Source: a phage
Length of the DNA stretch: 41,142 nucleotides
Sequence record: PZ019083.1
Reading direction: 5' to 3' (one strand)
Both the position numbers and the translations under genes were made by a program. The notes beneath the pieces were generated by a model. The model saw only the letters and a list, made by a program, of their open reading frames with translations. It had not been told where the DNA came from and did no database searches. Of this stretch, positions 9,125 to 18,213 are shown piece after piece. Each line of letters begins with the position of its first letter. The stretch's first letter is position 1.

Positions 9125-9516
9125 GTTTCGCGCTTGATGTCTCTAAGTTCGTGGAAAAGGCGAAGAAGAACCCTGAGACGGTGATGCGTCAGGTGTCTAT
9201 TAAGTTGTTTTCCGCTATTATAAAGGCGAGTCCGGTAGATACAGGCCGATTTCGCATGAACTGGATGGCATCTGGTGGCATTCCTGCTTCCGGGATTACG
9301 GACGCTACGGATAAATCAGGAAACATAGCTATCGGAAACGCTGCAAGTTTCGTACTGAAAGCTGCAGACTGGCGCGAGTTCACGTTGACAAATAATCTGC
9401 CGTATGCCCAACGACTGGAGTATGGCTGGTCGCAACAGGCCCCCGCCGGGGTTGTCAGGACTAACGTGTCCCGCTTCCAGCAACTCATTAACGAAGAAGC
9501 CAACAAGGTGAAATGA
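9121..9516 (+). CDS. neck / tail completion protein (HK97 gp10-like position)
   Basis: ATGA overlap with upstream gene; 131 aa. Confidence 0.4.
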   Translation: MSFALDVSKFVEKAKKNPETVMRQVSIKLFSAIIKASPVDTGRFRMNWMASGGIPASGITDATDKSGNIAIGNAASFVLKAADWREFTLTNNLPYAQRLEYGWSQQAPAGVVRTNVSRFQQLINEEANKVK

Positions 9517-9929
9517 TGGGCTACTTTGAGGACTTAACAAAAGCGTTCGATGTGCCGCTGGTAGCCTTCGGAACCGCAAACGGCATCAAGGTCGCGCTCG
9601 AAAACATCGACGCGCCGACGTCGACTGATACGCCGTATCTGGCGAGTTACATGTTGCTGGCAGATACGGAACAGGCGGATTTGTTCTTCACGGAACAACG
9701 CTCTGGTATTTATCAGGTAGACATTAACTACGCATCGGTGAAAGGTAGCGCGCCAATCAATAAAATGGCAGACTTACTTAACACGGCGTTTAAAGCAGGT
9801 AAGTCATTTTCGCGTAACGACATCTGCGCCGAGGTTCAATCGGTTAGCCTGGGGCCGCTGATTGTAGAAAACGGATGGGCCAAACGACCATTGTCAATTA
9901 ACTTTATTGCATTCACCAAGAGGCTGTGA
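9513..9929 (+). CDS. tail terminator-like protein
   Basis: ATGA overlap; 138 aa immediately upstream of major tail gene. Confidence 0.35.
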   Translation: MMGYFEDLTKAFDVPLVAFGTANGIKVALENIDAPTSTDTPYLASYMLLADTEQADLFFTEQRSGIYQVDINYASVKGSAPINKMADLLNTAFKAGKSFSRNDICAEVQSVSLGPLIVENGWAKRPLSINFIAFTKRL

Positions 9930-9931
9930 AT

Positions 9932-11098
9932 ATGGCTACAACTCCTTTTAAGGGCGTTAATACCGCGCAATTCTATGTGGCGGAGACTACCCCGGGCGTA
10001 ACCCCGGACAACCCTGTCTGGTCGCCGCTGCGTAACACTGGCGGCGTTCCGGCCATTACCCGCGACACGCTGACCTCCAACGAGCTGGACGGCAGCCGTG
10101 AAACTACGTCCATCCGCACAGGTAACAAGCAGGTTAGTGGGGAGTACGCTATTGAGCTTAGCTCGAAAAGTCAGGACGACTGGTTAGCCGGGGCTTTAGG
10201 TTCTACGTGGCAATCCGGTGTTTCTCTGTCAGGGCTATCTATTACCGTCGCACCGGCTGGTAAGACGTTTACCCGTGCTGATGGCAGCTTTATTACCGAC
10301 GGCGTTCAAGTGGGCGACCTGATCGCGTTCACCGACTTAACCGGCGATAACGCCAAACCGTTTATCGTAACCGAGGTAAGTGCGACTGTTGTCACCGGTG
10401 CTGGTATCCAACATACTCTGACCACTGAGACCGTAACTACCGCCGCTAAGACAGGTGACAAACTAGAAACGGGAAGCCAGTGTAAGACGTTCTCTATTCT
10501 TACCTGGTACAAAGGTCAGTGTGGCGGGACTGACGCGTACACGCTGACCAAAGGCGTGGAAGTTTCTGGTTTTACCATCGAACAGGCCGTAAACGCGATG
10601 GTAACCGGTAGTTTCCCGTTCATCGGGCGCAGCCAGGAGATTCTCACCACGCCCCCGACAGGTTCTGATTTCTCCTCGGTTACGTTTGGCGATGAGCCGT
10701 TCTCCTCGGTTGACGTTTCTGTGTTCGACGGTTCTACCCCGTTGCGTTGCGATAGCCTGACTATCACCAACGACAACAGCGCATCCGCGCAGTTCGAACT
10801 CGGCAACACTAACGTAGCGTTTGTGGAGCGTAGCCGTGCGGCTAACACCTTCTCCATCTCCGGCAAGCTGTATGACATGGCTATGATTCAGAAGTTTATC
10901 AACGAGCAGCAGGTAGAGATTAACTCTATTCTGGCGGGGGTAAATGGGGCTATGTCTTTCAGTTTGAAACGCGCAGAACTCACGGCGGTTACACCAGAAA
11001 TATCTGGTCCGGAATCAATCACTCAGTCCATTGAAGGCCAGGCTACCGGCAACCAGTACCAGTCGTCCATTATTATCCAGCGTATCACCTACGCATAA
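9932..11098 (+). CDS. major tail protein
   Basis: AAGAGG RBS then ATG 9932; 388 aa; followed by strong terminator. Confidence 0.6.
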   Translation: MATTPFKGVNTAQFYVAETTPGVTPDNPVWSPLRNTGGVPAITRDTLTSNELDGSRETTSIRTGNKQVSGEYAIELSSKSQDDWLAGALGSTWQSGVSLSGLSITVAPAGKTFTRADGSFITDGVQVGDLIAFTDLTGDNAKPFIVTEVSATVVTGAGIQHTLTTETVTTAAKTGDKLETGSQCKTFSILTWYKGQCGGTDAYTLTKGVEVSGFTIEQAVNAMVTGSFPFIGRSQEILTTPPTGSDFSSVTFGDEPFSSVDVSVFDGSTPLRCDSLTITNDNSASAQFELGNTNVAFVERSRAANTFSISGKLYDMAMIQKFINEQQVEINSILAGVNGAMSFSLKRAELTAVTPEISGPESITQSIEGQATGNQYQSSIIIQRITYA

Positions 11099-11102
11099 AA
11101 CT

Positions 11103-11126
11103 AAGGCCCCGAAAGGGGCCTTTTTC
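11103..11126. terminator. bidirectional intrinsic terminator
   Basis: AAGGCCCC-GAAA-GGGGCCTT flanked by A-run and T-run, between convergent operons. Confidence 0.6.
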
Positions 11127-11357
11127 TTACTCATCAATGTTACTCCTGTAGTCCCGTAACTTTTCCAGACTTTCAATTGCTTCCGCTAAGTCTGTTCCTG
11201 TGTCCTTGTGCCCGCGAAGGCCCAAGCACAATAGCTTCTTCAATGCGTGTTGCAACGCAGGGTCACGGATGTCGAAAGCACGGAGAACATCGTAAACGTC
11301 TACTGTCATGGTGCTGCCGTGTGTATTTGTCATTGTGCGGTTGTATTTTGAAGTCAT
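11127..11357 (-). CDS. hypothetical protein, DUF3310-like
   Basis: 76 aa; motif ALQHALKKLLCLGLRGHKDTGTDLAEAIESL resembles DUF3310 phage proteins (from memory); ATGA coupling to upstream gene. Confidence 0.4.
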   Translation of the reverse strand: MTSKYNRTMTNTHGSTMTVDVYDVLRAFDIRDPALQHALKKLLCLGLRGHKDTGTDLAEAIESLEKLRDYRSNIDE

Positions 11358-12484
11358 CCCAGCATCTCCGGTGAAATAGTTAAACGTGCGACCTCGCCGT
11401 ATTCGGCGCTATAAGTAATTACATTTGCACTACGGCCCGACATCCAACCGCCTCTGGATGCGTAGGCGTCTTTGGCCGCTAAGGTGCGGTGTTGCTCAAC
11501 AATCATGTTACGGCTTTCTACAATCTTTTGGTGGTGCAGGTGGCCTACGTGGGCGTAGCTATAAACGCTCTCGCCGAACGCTTTGCGGAACTTGGCGATC
11601 ATAACCGGTTCAATAGCGTCGAATCGTGCTTTATGCCCGTGGTGAAAGAACAACGTCGTTTTGCCGTGTTGCACCATCTTGTAAACGTCCGGCGACGTGT
11701 CGACGATCACTCGGCTGTCTTTTGAGTATAAAGTCGTGAACATTTCCGCCAACCACACAGACCCTACAGGGTCGTGATTTCCTTGCACGATAAGCAAGCG
11801 AACATTTTTGTGCTTAACGAGCGCCATATCAACAACACGGCGGACCATACGAATCATGTAACGTACAAGTTTCTGGTAGCGCGTATCTGCATCCAACACA
11901 TGGCGCGACTCAGGCGTAACGGCGTCCAGGCTATCGAAGTGCGCGAAGTCGCCCAGCAGGTTAATAACTCCAGTTCCCGCGTCTGGTGCTTTCTGAAACG
12001 CGGCATCAAACCACCGAGAAAACAGGTCTTCAGCAATCTTCATATCCCAGTCGTCGCCGCTCTCGTCGGCCCAGGCCAGCATGCCGAGATGGAAATCAGA
12101 TACCGTGTAAAGATTGAGTAGCTTGTCATCACGTTTGGCTCGAGTCGCTTTAACAGGGACAACCGGCGTAATCTCTGACTTCATGCCTTCAATTACGGCT
12201 TTCATCAACTCGACCTGACGTTCGGCGTCAGTATCGGTCTTAACCCATTGCAGTTTAGTGTTGCCAAACTCGTCCACTAGTGACGACGTTCCTTTAATCT
12301 TGTAGCCGTCTGGCACAAGGTGACTAACGTCACGTCCGTGGCCTACACCTTTCTTAGCCAGCTTCGCTTTACGGATACGAATAACGCGGTCCGAGATGCC
12401 GTATTTACGGGCGATGTCTACATTCTTCATCCCGGCGTTCAATTCTTCCTGTAACTGTTCGTCGGTTATTTTCTTATGGGCCAT
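11354..12484 (-). CDS. HTH-containing calcineurin-like metallophosphoesterase
   Basis: Motifs SDFHLG, GDFAHFD, GNHD, HHGH, GHLHH; N-terminal HTH-like segment; start at ATG 12484 (MAHKK) with GAGGAAG RBS. Confidence 0.6.
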   Translation of the reverse strand: MAHKKITDEQLQEELNAGMKNVDIARKYGISDRVIRIRKAKLAKKGVGHGRDVSHLVPDGYKIKGTSSLVDEFGNTKLQWVKTDTDAERQVELMKAVIEGMKSEITPVVPVKATRAKRDDKLLNLYTVSDFHLGMLAWADESGDDWDMKIAEDLFSRWFDAAFQKAPDAGTGVINLLGDFAHFDSLDAVTPESRHVLDADTRYQKLVRYMIRMVRRVVDMALVKHKNVRLLIVQGNHDPVGSVWLAEMFTTLYSKDSRVIVDTSPDVYKMVQHGKTTLFFHHGHKARFDAIEPVMIAKFRKAFGESVYSYAHVGHLHHQKIVESRNMIVEQHRTLAAKDAYASRGGWMSGRSANVITYSAEYGEVARLTISPEMLG

Positions 12485-12522
12485 GCTTACTTCCTCGTGT
12501 TTAGGATTTGTCTTATAGTAGC

Positions 12523-12714
12523 CTACTTCTCTTTCACGTTCGAGTTGCAAGCCCAGATTAAAATAAATACCCACGGCAGCAGAACCCAGCCAAGAAACAG
12601 GTTAGCCGTGAATATCGCTAACTTCGCTTTATGGTTACGGAAGTACGCAACCAGGAAAGGCGCGAAATAAGCGAGAAGTGCAAACAGAATCAAGGAAACT
12701 GGTAAACTGGACAT
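12523..12714 (-). CDS. superinfection-immunity-like small membrane protein (Imm_superinfect family-like)
   Basis: Two TM helices; motif YFAPFLVAYFRNHKAKLAIFTANLFLGWVLLPWVFILIWA; AAGGGG RBS before ATG 12714. Confidence 0.5.
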   Translation of the reverse strand: MSSLPVSLILFALLAYFAPFLVAYFRNHKAKLAIFTANLFLGWVLLPWVFILIWACNSNVKEK

Positions 12715-12744
12715 TTTAAACCCCTTCATTGTTGGTGTAAGTGA

Positions 12745-12773
12745 ATAGTACCCTATTATATTGGGGTGTGCAA
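12745..12773 (-). promoter_or_regulatory. sigma70-type promoter TTGCAC-17-TACTAT (class A) driving the antisense accessory operon
   Basis: Near-identical to promoters at 34294 and 35511. Confidence 0.55.
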
Positions 12774-12881
12774 GTAATGTGATAGAATAATTTTGCGCCT
12801 AGTGTCGCACACGAAAAGCGGGTGGTTCCCGTCTGGCGCATTTACCGTTAACCTGTAACCTCTTAACCAAAGGATTAAAGA

Positions 12882-13301
12882 ATGAAACTTTCTGATTTTT
12901 ATTTCGAAGAGAAAGCACTGGTAGGCAAGAAGATGCCTATTCTCCTGCCAAATGGCGAAGACTCAGGCGAGTGGCTTAACGTTGTAAGCCCCGATGCGGA
13001 TGCCGCCGTTAAAGCTGGGCGTGCGTTCATTATCGCGTACCGTCGCGGGTTGGCGCGTTTCGAAGAACTGGAAAAAGCCGCCAAAGAATCAGGCGACTAT
13101 ACTGAATATAACCTGGCTATTAACGAACTGGCGGAAGACCTCAACCGGCAACTCGCGGCAGAAGTTGTAAACGGCTGGAGCTTTGACGACGAGCCTTTCT
13201 CTAAGGAAGCATTTAACAAATTGCTCGACCAGTTCAAAGGGCTTGGAACCCAGGTGGCGGCGTTCCATAACGCTGAACGTAAAGCATTACAGGAAAAGTA
13301 G
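12882..13301 (+). CDS. tail assembly chaperone (G-like)
   Basis: 139 aa ORF immediately upstream of tape measure gene, followed by a -1 frame ORF. Confidence 0.5.
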   Translation: MKLSDFYFEEKALVGKKMPILLPNGEDSGEWLNVVSPDADAAVKAGRAFIIAYRRGLARFEELEKAAKESGDYTEYNLAINELAEDLNRQLAAEVVNGWSFDDEPFSKEAFNKLLDQFKGLGTQVAAFHNAERKALQEK

Positions 13302-13666
13302 ACGCGCTGTACAGGTTCGCCACCTACGAGTTTGTGGATAAGCATAAAATCAGAGAGTTTGATTCTATAGCTGACGGTCACGAACAGGCGCTTATCGCGA
13401 TGGGTGTAATCGATAAGAAAAAACGTGCAGCGCGACGGGGTGGGCCAGAATGCCCGCCCCTTTTTATATCCACCTTTGAAACGTACTGTGGCATTAAGTT
13501 TACGCGACACGTGCGCGAGGACGCTGTAGTATTGTTTGCAAGAGAATCCGTTACGTGGCAAGACCTGAAATCCTATCTCGATGTTACGCAAAAACAGCTT
13601 AGCCTGTTCGAGATAGACATTATCATGGGCTTAGAAGCAATCTTTGAAGGTAGAAATCATGGCTGA
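13283..13666 (+). CDS. -1 frame extension of tail assembly chaperone (GT-like frameshift product C-terminal part)
   Basis: Frame -1 open from 13283; shifty A_AAG codon directly before TAG stop of upstream ORF; ends 8 nt inside tape measure gene. Confidence 0.4.
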   Translation, partial: SITGKVDALYRFATYEFVDKHKIREFDSIADGHEQALIAMGVIDKKKRAARRGGPECPPLFISTFETYCGIKFTRHVREDAVVLFARESVTWQDLKSYLDVTQKQLSLFEIDIIMGLEAIFEGRNHG

Positions 13667-15932
13667 TACCGCTAGCTTGATAGTACGAGTATCCTCGACC
13701 GGCGTCGATAAAACCACATCGCAACTGAACGGCCTCACCAAAGCGGCTGGCGCTGCCGCCGCTGCCGTTGTTAGTCTGGAAACCGCTAAGCAGGTGTTCA
13801 GCGCACTGGTGGACTCCCAGCGCAATTTCGATAAGCTAAACTCCGGCCTAATCACAATGACCGGAAGCGCAGAGAACGCGGCTAAGGCTTTCAGCGTTCT
13901 GCAACAGTTCGCAAAAGAGACCCCATACGGTCTCAATCAGGCGGTAGAGGGATTTACCAAGCTCGTTGCGCTCGGTCTGAACCCCAGCAAAGAGGCGCTG
14001 ATTTCCTACGGCAACACCGCGGCGGCTATGGGTAAAGACCTTAATCAAATGATTGAGGCGGTGGCGGACGCCAGTACCTTTGAGTTTGAGCGACTGAAAG
14101 AGTTTGGCATCAAGTCGTCACAGCAGGCGGATACAGTTTCTTTCACGTTCCGCGGTGTTACCACCACGGTTAAAAAGAACTCCGAAGAGATTCAGAAATA
14201 TCTGTTAAACATCGGCAACACCGATTTCGCCGGGGCGATGGAGACGCGCTCGAAGACATTAGATGGTCAGTTGTCGAGCCTCGCTGACTCCTTCGACGGT
14301 CTCGTTCTTGCCGTAGCGCAGTCGGGTTTTGGCGACGCCGTAGGTGAGCAAGCAGCGACAGCGGAAGATGCTATTACCGCACTCACCGACGCCATAGCGT
14401 CTAATGAGATAGCCGCCACGCTCCAGGATTGGGTGACGCTGTTCAACGAGTCGTTCAAGTTTATTTCTGATGCCATGAATGACCTGGCATTCTATACAGA
14501 GGACAAATCAACGGACATGTCCGACTCGCTGGGGGCTATCCCTGACGCTATCCGAGAGTGGTTGCCTGAGATCCAAAGAATAGCGAAGGATATGTATGTA
14601 GAGTTCCAGGCTATCGACATGCAAGCGGCGCTTCTGGCGCAGTCTATTAAGGCTGCCTTCACTCCAGGAGAGACTGCGGAGGGTACATACGCCGCGGGTC
14701 AGGCCGCTATTCAGTTCTTCAAAGACACCGAAAGGGCAAAAAACAAGGCCGAGGCGGACGGGATAACCCAACGCTCGAAGCAGCGTAAAAAAGAAATTGA
14801 GGAACAGCGCAAGCAGTACGACGAGCGTAAGAAGCAAGAAATTGACTTAGCCAGCCTTGTTAATAAAAAGGGTGGAACCGGAGGAACCGGAAACACCAAC
14901 GACAAAGACGCGAAAGCCGCCGCTAAGAAAGCGGAGCAATTGCGTAAACAGGCGCAAGATTATCTCGACACTCTGGCCCGTCAGAACAACGACGAGTTAA
15001 AGGCTATTGATGCGCAGGAACAGCAGAAACTGGCTAAGGCAAAAGAGTTCTACAGCCAGGGCGCGCTGTCACTGAAAGAATACGAGCAAGCAAAAACGGC
15101 TATTGTCCTCGAAGCAGGGCAAAAACGACAAGATGAACTGGATAAACGCCAGAAAGAAGCCCAGGAAAAACAGCAGAAAGGCGACGACTTCATGGCTCAG
15201 ATTATGGGCCAGAACGCTACTGAGCTTGAGCTTCTCGACATCCAGGAACAGCAGAAACTGGCGGTAGCCGATAAGTACCGTGAGCAGGGGCTTATTAACG
15301 AGAAGCAGTATCAGGCCGCGCTTAACGCCATCAACGAGCAATACGCAACCAAGCGTGCCGATGCAACGGCAACGGCCTTCGGTAACATGGCTTCAAACAT
15401 CGGGTCTGCGTTGGGTGAGGCTTCTGGCGCGTACAAGGCATTCGCTATCGTACAGGCCACCATAGCCACGTACACCGCAGCTATCGAGGCGTACAAGTCC
15501 ACGGCGGCTATCCCTGTAGTCGGCCCGTTCCTGGCCCCTGTAGCCGCTGCCGCTGCCGTTGGGGCAGGTATGGCGCAGGTTTCCGCTATAAGGTCCGCAC
15601 GTGAACAGGGCGGTCAATTATCCGCGGGGCAGGCTTCCACCATCGCAGAACGCGGTAAACCAGAAGTTATCATGCCTGCTGGTGCATCACGTGTGCGCAC
15701 CGCGCAGCAGATGAAGGAAATTATGGGGCAAAACGGGTCTTCTTCCGGCCCGTCTAATGTTACCATCGTAAACAACACGAGTTCTCAAATCGGCAATGTA
15801 TCCACAGAACAGGATGATGAGGGCCGTCTACGCATCATCATCGAAGAGCAAGTGGCGGCATCTTTGCAGAACAGCAACAGTAAGATTAGCAAGGCCCGCA
15901 AGGCCACAAGAAATGCGCCGGGGTTCAAATAA
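13659..15932 (+). CDS. tail tape measure protein
   Basis: Long Ala/Gln/Lys-rich coiled-coil protein, ATG 13659 with AAGGTAG RBS. Confidence 0.8.
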   Translation: MADTASLIVRVSSTGVDKTTSQLNGLTKAAGAAAAAVVSLETAKQVFSALVDSQRNFDKLNSGLITMTGSAENAAKAFSVLQQFAKETPYGLNQAVEGFTKLVALGLNPSKEALISYGNTAAAMGKDLNQMIEAVADASTFEFERLKEFGIKSSQQADTVSFTFRGVTTTVKKNSEEIQKYLLNIGNTDFAGAMETRSKTLDGQLSSLADSFDGLVLAVAQSGFGDAVGEQAATAEDAITALTDAIASNEIAATLQDWVTLFNESFKFISDAMNDLAFYTEDKSTDMSDSLGAIPDAIREWLPEIQRIAKDMYVEFQAIDMQAALLAQSIKAAFTPGETAEGTYAAGQAAIQFFKDTERAKNKAEADGITQRSKQRKKEIEEQRKQYDERKKQEIDLASLVNKKGGTGGTGNTNDKDAKAAAKKAEQLRKQAQDYLDTLARQNNDELKAIDAQEQQKLAKAKEFYSQGALSLKEYEQAKTAIVLEAGQKRQDELDKRQKEAQEKQQKGDDFMAQIMGQNATELELLDIQEQQKLAVADKYREQGLINEKQYQAALNAINEQYATKRADATATAFGNMASNIGSALGEASGAYKAFAIVQATIATYTAAIEAYKSTAAIPVVGPFLAPVAAAAAVGAGMAQVSAIRSAREQGGQLSAGQASTIAERGKPEVIMPAGASRVRTAQQMKEIMGQNGSSSGPSNVTIVNNTSSQIGNVSTEQDDEGRLRIIIEEQVAASLQNSNSKISKARKATRNAPGFK

Positions 15933-17332
15933 TGACTGACTTATATTTCCCACGTAGCCTTAAGCCTATCGTATCGAAAGGCTACTCAATGACCAGACGT
16001 AACAACGTCTGGAGCGTTGATTTAGCCGGTGGCGGGGTGCGTCAGGGCCGCGACACGTATTACGACGTGTTCCCAATAAGCGTAACCCTGATTACATCGG
16101 CGCTGGGGCGGCAGGCGTTTCTGTCGTTCCTCGAAAAAGTAGACGGTGGTGCGTCAAGTTTCTGGATGGCGCACGACTTCGGCATGGGTATTGAGGATTA
16201 CCAGGTAACAATCACGTCCACCATCGCTGAGTCCACCGAAGATGGCATTAACTGGACGATTACTTTCACGGCAACCGCCGAGAAATCGCCGTTCCAGGAC
16301 CTTGAGAACCAGTGCCTGATTAACAATCTTCCGGATTTGTACGGTTGTTACGGGGACTGTCTGGGTAGTTTCCTGAAAATATATGCGAACTACGAGACGA
16401 CGTTCCCGCGCATCTGGAGCAATGAAGGGCCTGCAGGATACCCGCCGATTAACCTTCTGGCGTCGACTCTTGATAGCCGCATTGTGTATGACGGGCCGCA
16501 GGTTTATTACATCAACCGAAACGGCAATCTTGTGCAGTCCGCCGCCGGTGAATGGCCACTTACGTTTATCGATGGCTCGGCAGTTGGGCGTGTGCCGCCG
16601 GAGGCATCAGTAATTAACAGATTCCTATATTCAAGCAATTTCTCTTCGTCAAACTGGAACAAAGGTTTGGTGAGTGTATCAGTATCTGAAACAGGTGTTT
16701 TAACAGCCGCGGGCACGTACGACGTAACTGCTACCGCCACAAGAGGTAACCACCTAATAAACCAGACTGTAGATGTTAGCGTTGGTGTTGGCGACATGGT
16801 TACTTTTAGTTTCTTCGCAAAAGCAAACGGATACAATTTCATACGGATGTACGTGCGAGAACTTCCTACAGTATTAGGCTCAGCAGTTGTTGATTTGCGG
16901 GATGGTAGCATTTATTCCGGCCCAGGCGGTACAGATGTAACCGACGTAGGCGGAGGGTGGTTCCGAATATCGGAGACGATTACCGCAACAGAAGATAAAA
17001 CAATGAGCATACGGATGGACGCATGGATATATTCAGACGGAGTTACCGGGTCATTTACGGGGGATGGCGTTTCAGGGGTTAAATTATCCGCGGCTACTGT
17101 AGAGGTAAACCAAAATACAACATCCCCGGTAATAACCGATGCCGTTGTTGTCACCCGCTCGACAGCGTCCGCAAAAGTAACCATGAATGGCGCGACAAGC
17201 ATTGACATTACCTATTCCGACGGCACTGTGGTAAACGTTCCGTCTGTAGATGGTTACGCCACCATCCCGCAGGCCGATTCTGCGTGGGGTAGTAAGTACA
17301 TCACCCGTATTGATTTTAATGTGGACGGTTAA
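15932..17332 (+). CDS. minor tail protein (distal tail / tip component)
   Basis: ATGA overlap with tape measure; 466 aa beta-rich. Confidence 0.5.
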   Translation: MTDLYFPRSLKPIVSKGYSMTRRNNVWSVDLAGGGVRQGRDTYYDVFPISVTLITSALGRQAFLSFLEKVDGGASSFWMAHDFGMGIEDYQVTITSTIAESTEDGINWTITFTATAEKSPFQDLENQCLINNLPDLYGCYGDCLGSFLKIYANYETTFPRIWSNEGPAGYPPINLLASTLDSRIVYDGPQVYYINRNGNLVQSAAGEWPLTFIDGSAVGRVPPEASVINRFLYSSNFSSSNWNKGLVSVSVSETGVLTAAGTYDVTATATRGNHLINQTVDVSVGVGDMVTFSFFAKANGYNFIRMYVRELPTVLGSAVVDLRDGSIYSGPGGTDVTDVGGGWFRISETITATEDKTMSIRMDAWIYSDGVTGSFTGDGVSGVKLSAATVEVNQNTTSPVITDAVVVTRSTASAKVTMNGATSIDITYSDGTVVNVPSVDGYATIPQADSAWGSKYITRIDFNVDG

Positions 17333-17335
17333 TTT

Positions 17336-17851
17336 ATGAGTCAGGAATCAGTAGAAGCCGCCTATCGCCGCAAGCTGGCCTCAAATCCAGACGGCGAGAT
17401 GGATTACATCACGTTGCAAATCAGCCACCCGTTGCTGTCGAAGACGTACTATCTTGTGCGCGGGTTGCAGGAACTTACGGCAACACTGGAAACCGGCGAA
17501 ACAATCACGTTCGAACCTACTCCGATGGAGGCGTCGGGGGCCGCTAACAACAGCGATATGGACCAGACGACGACGTTTACTCTACCGGATATCCTCAATC
17601 AACTGGATGATGAGATGGATAAAATCCCGATGAGTAATACCGAGTTGCCGAAATTCGTCTTCCGCCGTTACGTCAGTACCGACCTGTCTTATCCAGCTGA
17701 CGGCCCGGTCGTGTACGAGTTACAGGCCATCAACCAGGAGAAGGGCGAGTTCTCCGCAGATGTCGGTACACCTATGCTGAACCAACGAAGCACTGGTATA
17801 CTAATGACACCTAAAGAGATACCGTTATTACGCGGCCTGTTGACCACATGA
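17336..17851 (+). CDS. minor tail protein (L-like position)
   Basis: 171 aa between tip proteins. Confidence 0.4.
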   Translation: MSQESVEAAYRRKLASNPDGEMDYITLQISHPLLSKTYYLVRGLQELTATLETGETITFEPTPMEASGAANNSDMDQTTTFTLPDILNQLDDEMDKIPMSNTELPKFVFRRYVSTDLSYPADGPVVYELQAINQEKGEFSADVGTPMLNQRSTGILMTPKEIPLLRGLLTT

Positions 17852-18213
17852 ATATTAACGACTACACGGGTATACCTTACGATTTTCGCAAACGTAATTG
17901 CTGGCATCACGTGCGCATTGTCCGCGCGGATGCCGGGTTAGAAACCCCTGCGTTCGACGTTACAAGCCCAACAGCAATTAACGAAGCGTTTGACGAAGGC
18001 CGCCGTGACACGAAGGGGCTTACAAAAATTGATAAGCCTGAAAACTTCTGTGCGGTGCTTATGGGGTATCGCCGTGGTGGTCGTATCGTGTGGCACGCAG
18101 GAGTTTACTTTGACGGGATGGTGAGTCATTGCGAGCTTGCGTCCCGTCAGGTACGGCTTGACAGGCTGGCGGACCTCAGAGACACGTACACGGAGATTGA
18201 ATTTTGGCGATAA
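17848..18213 (+). CDS. tail assembly protein, NlpC/P60-like (K-like)
   Basis: Conserved Cys (NCWHH) and His (HAGVY) spaced as in NlpC/P60 folds. Confidence 0.4.
   Translation: MNINDYTGIPYDFRKRNCWHHVRIVRADAGLETPAFDVTSPTAINEAFDEGRRDTKGLTKIDKPENFCAVLMGYRRGGRIVWHAGVYFDGMVSHCELASRQVRLDRLADLRDTYTEIEFWR

Noticed and set aside
13334-13666. Independent 110-aa gene starting at GTG 13334
   Set aside because: More parsimonious as the -1 frameshift extension of the upstream chaperone (frame open from 13283, shifty A_AAG at the stop); independent initiation cannot be excluded and is noted in the findings.
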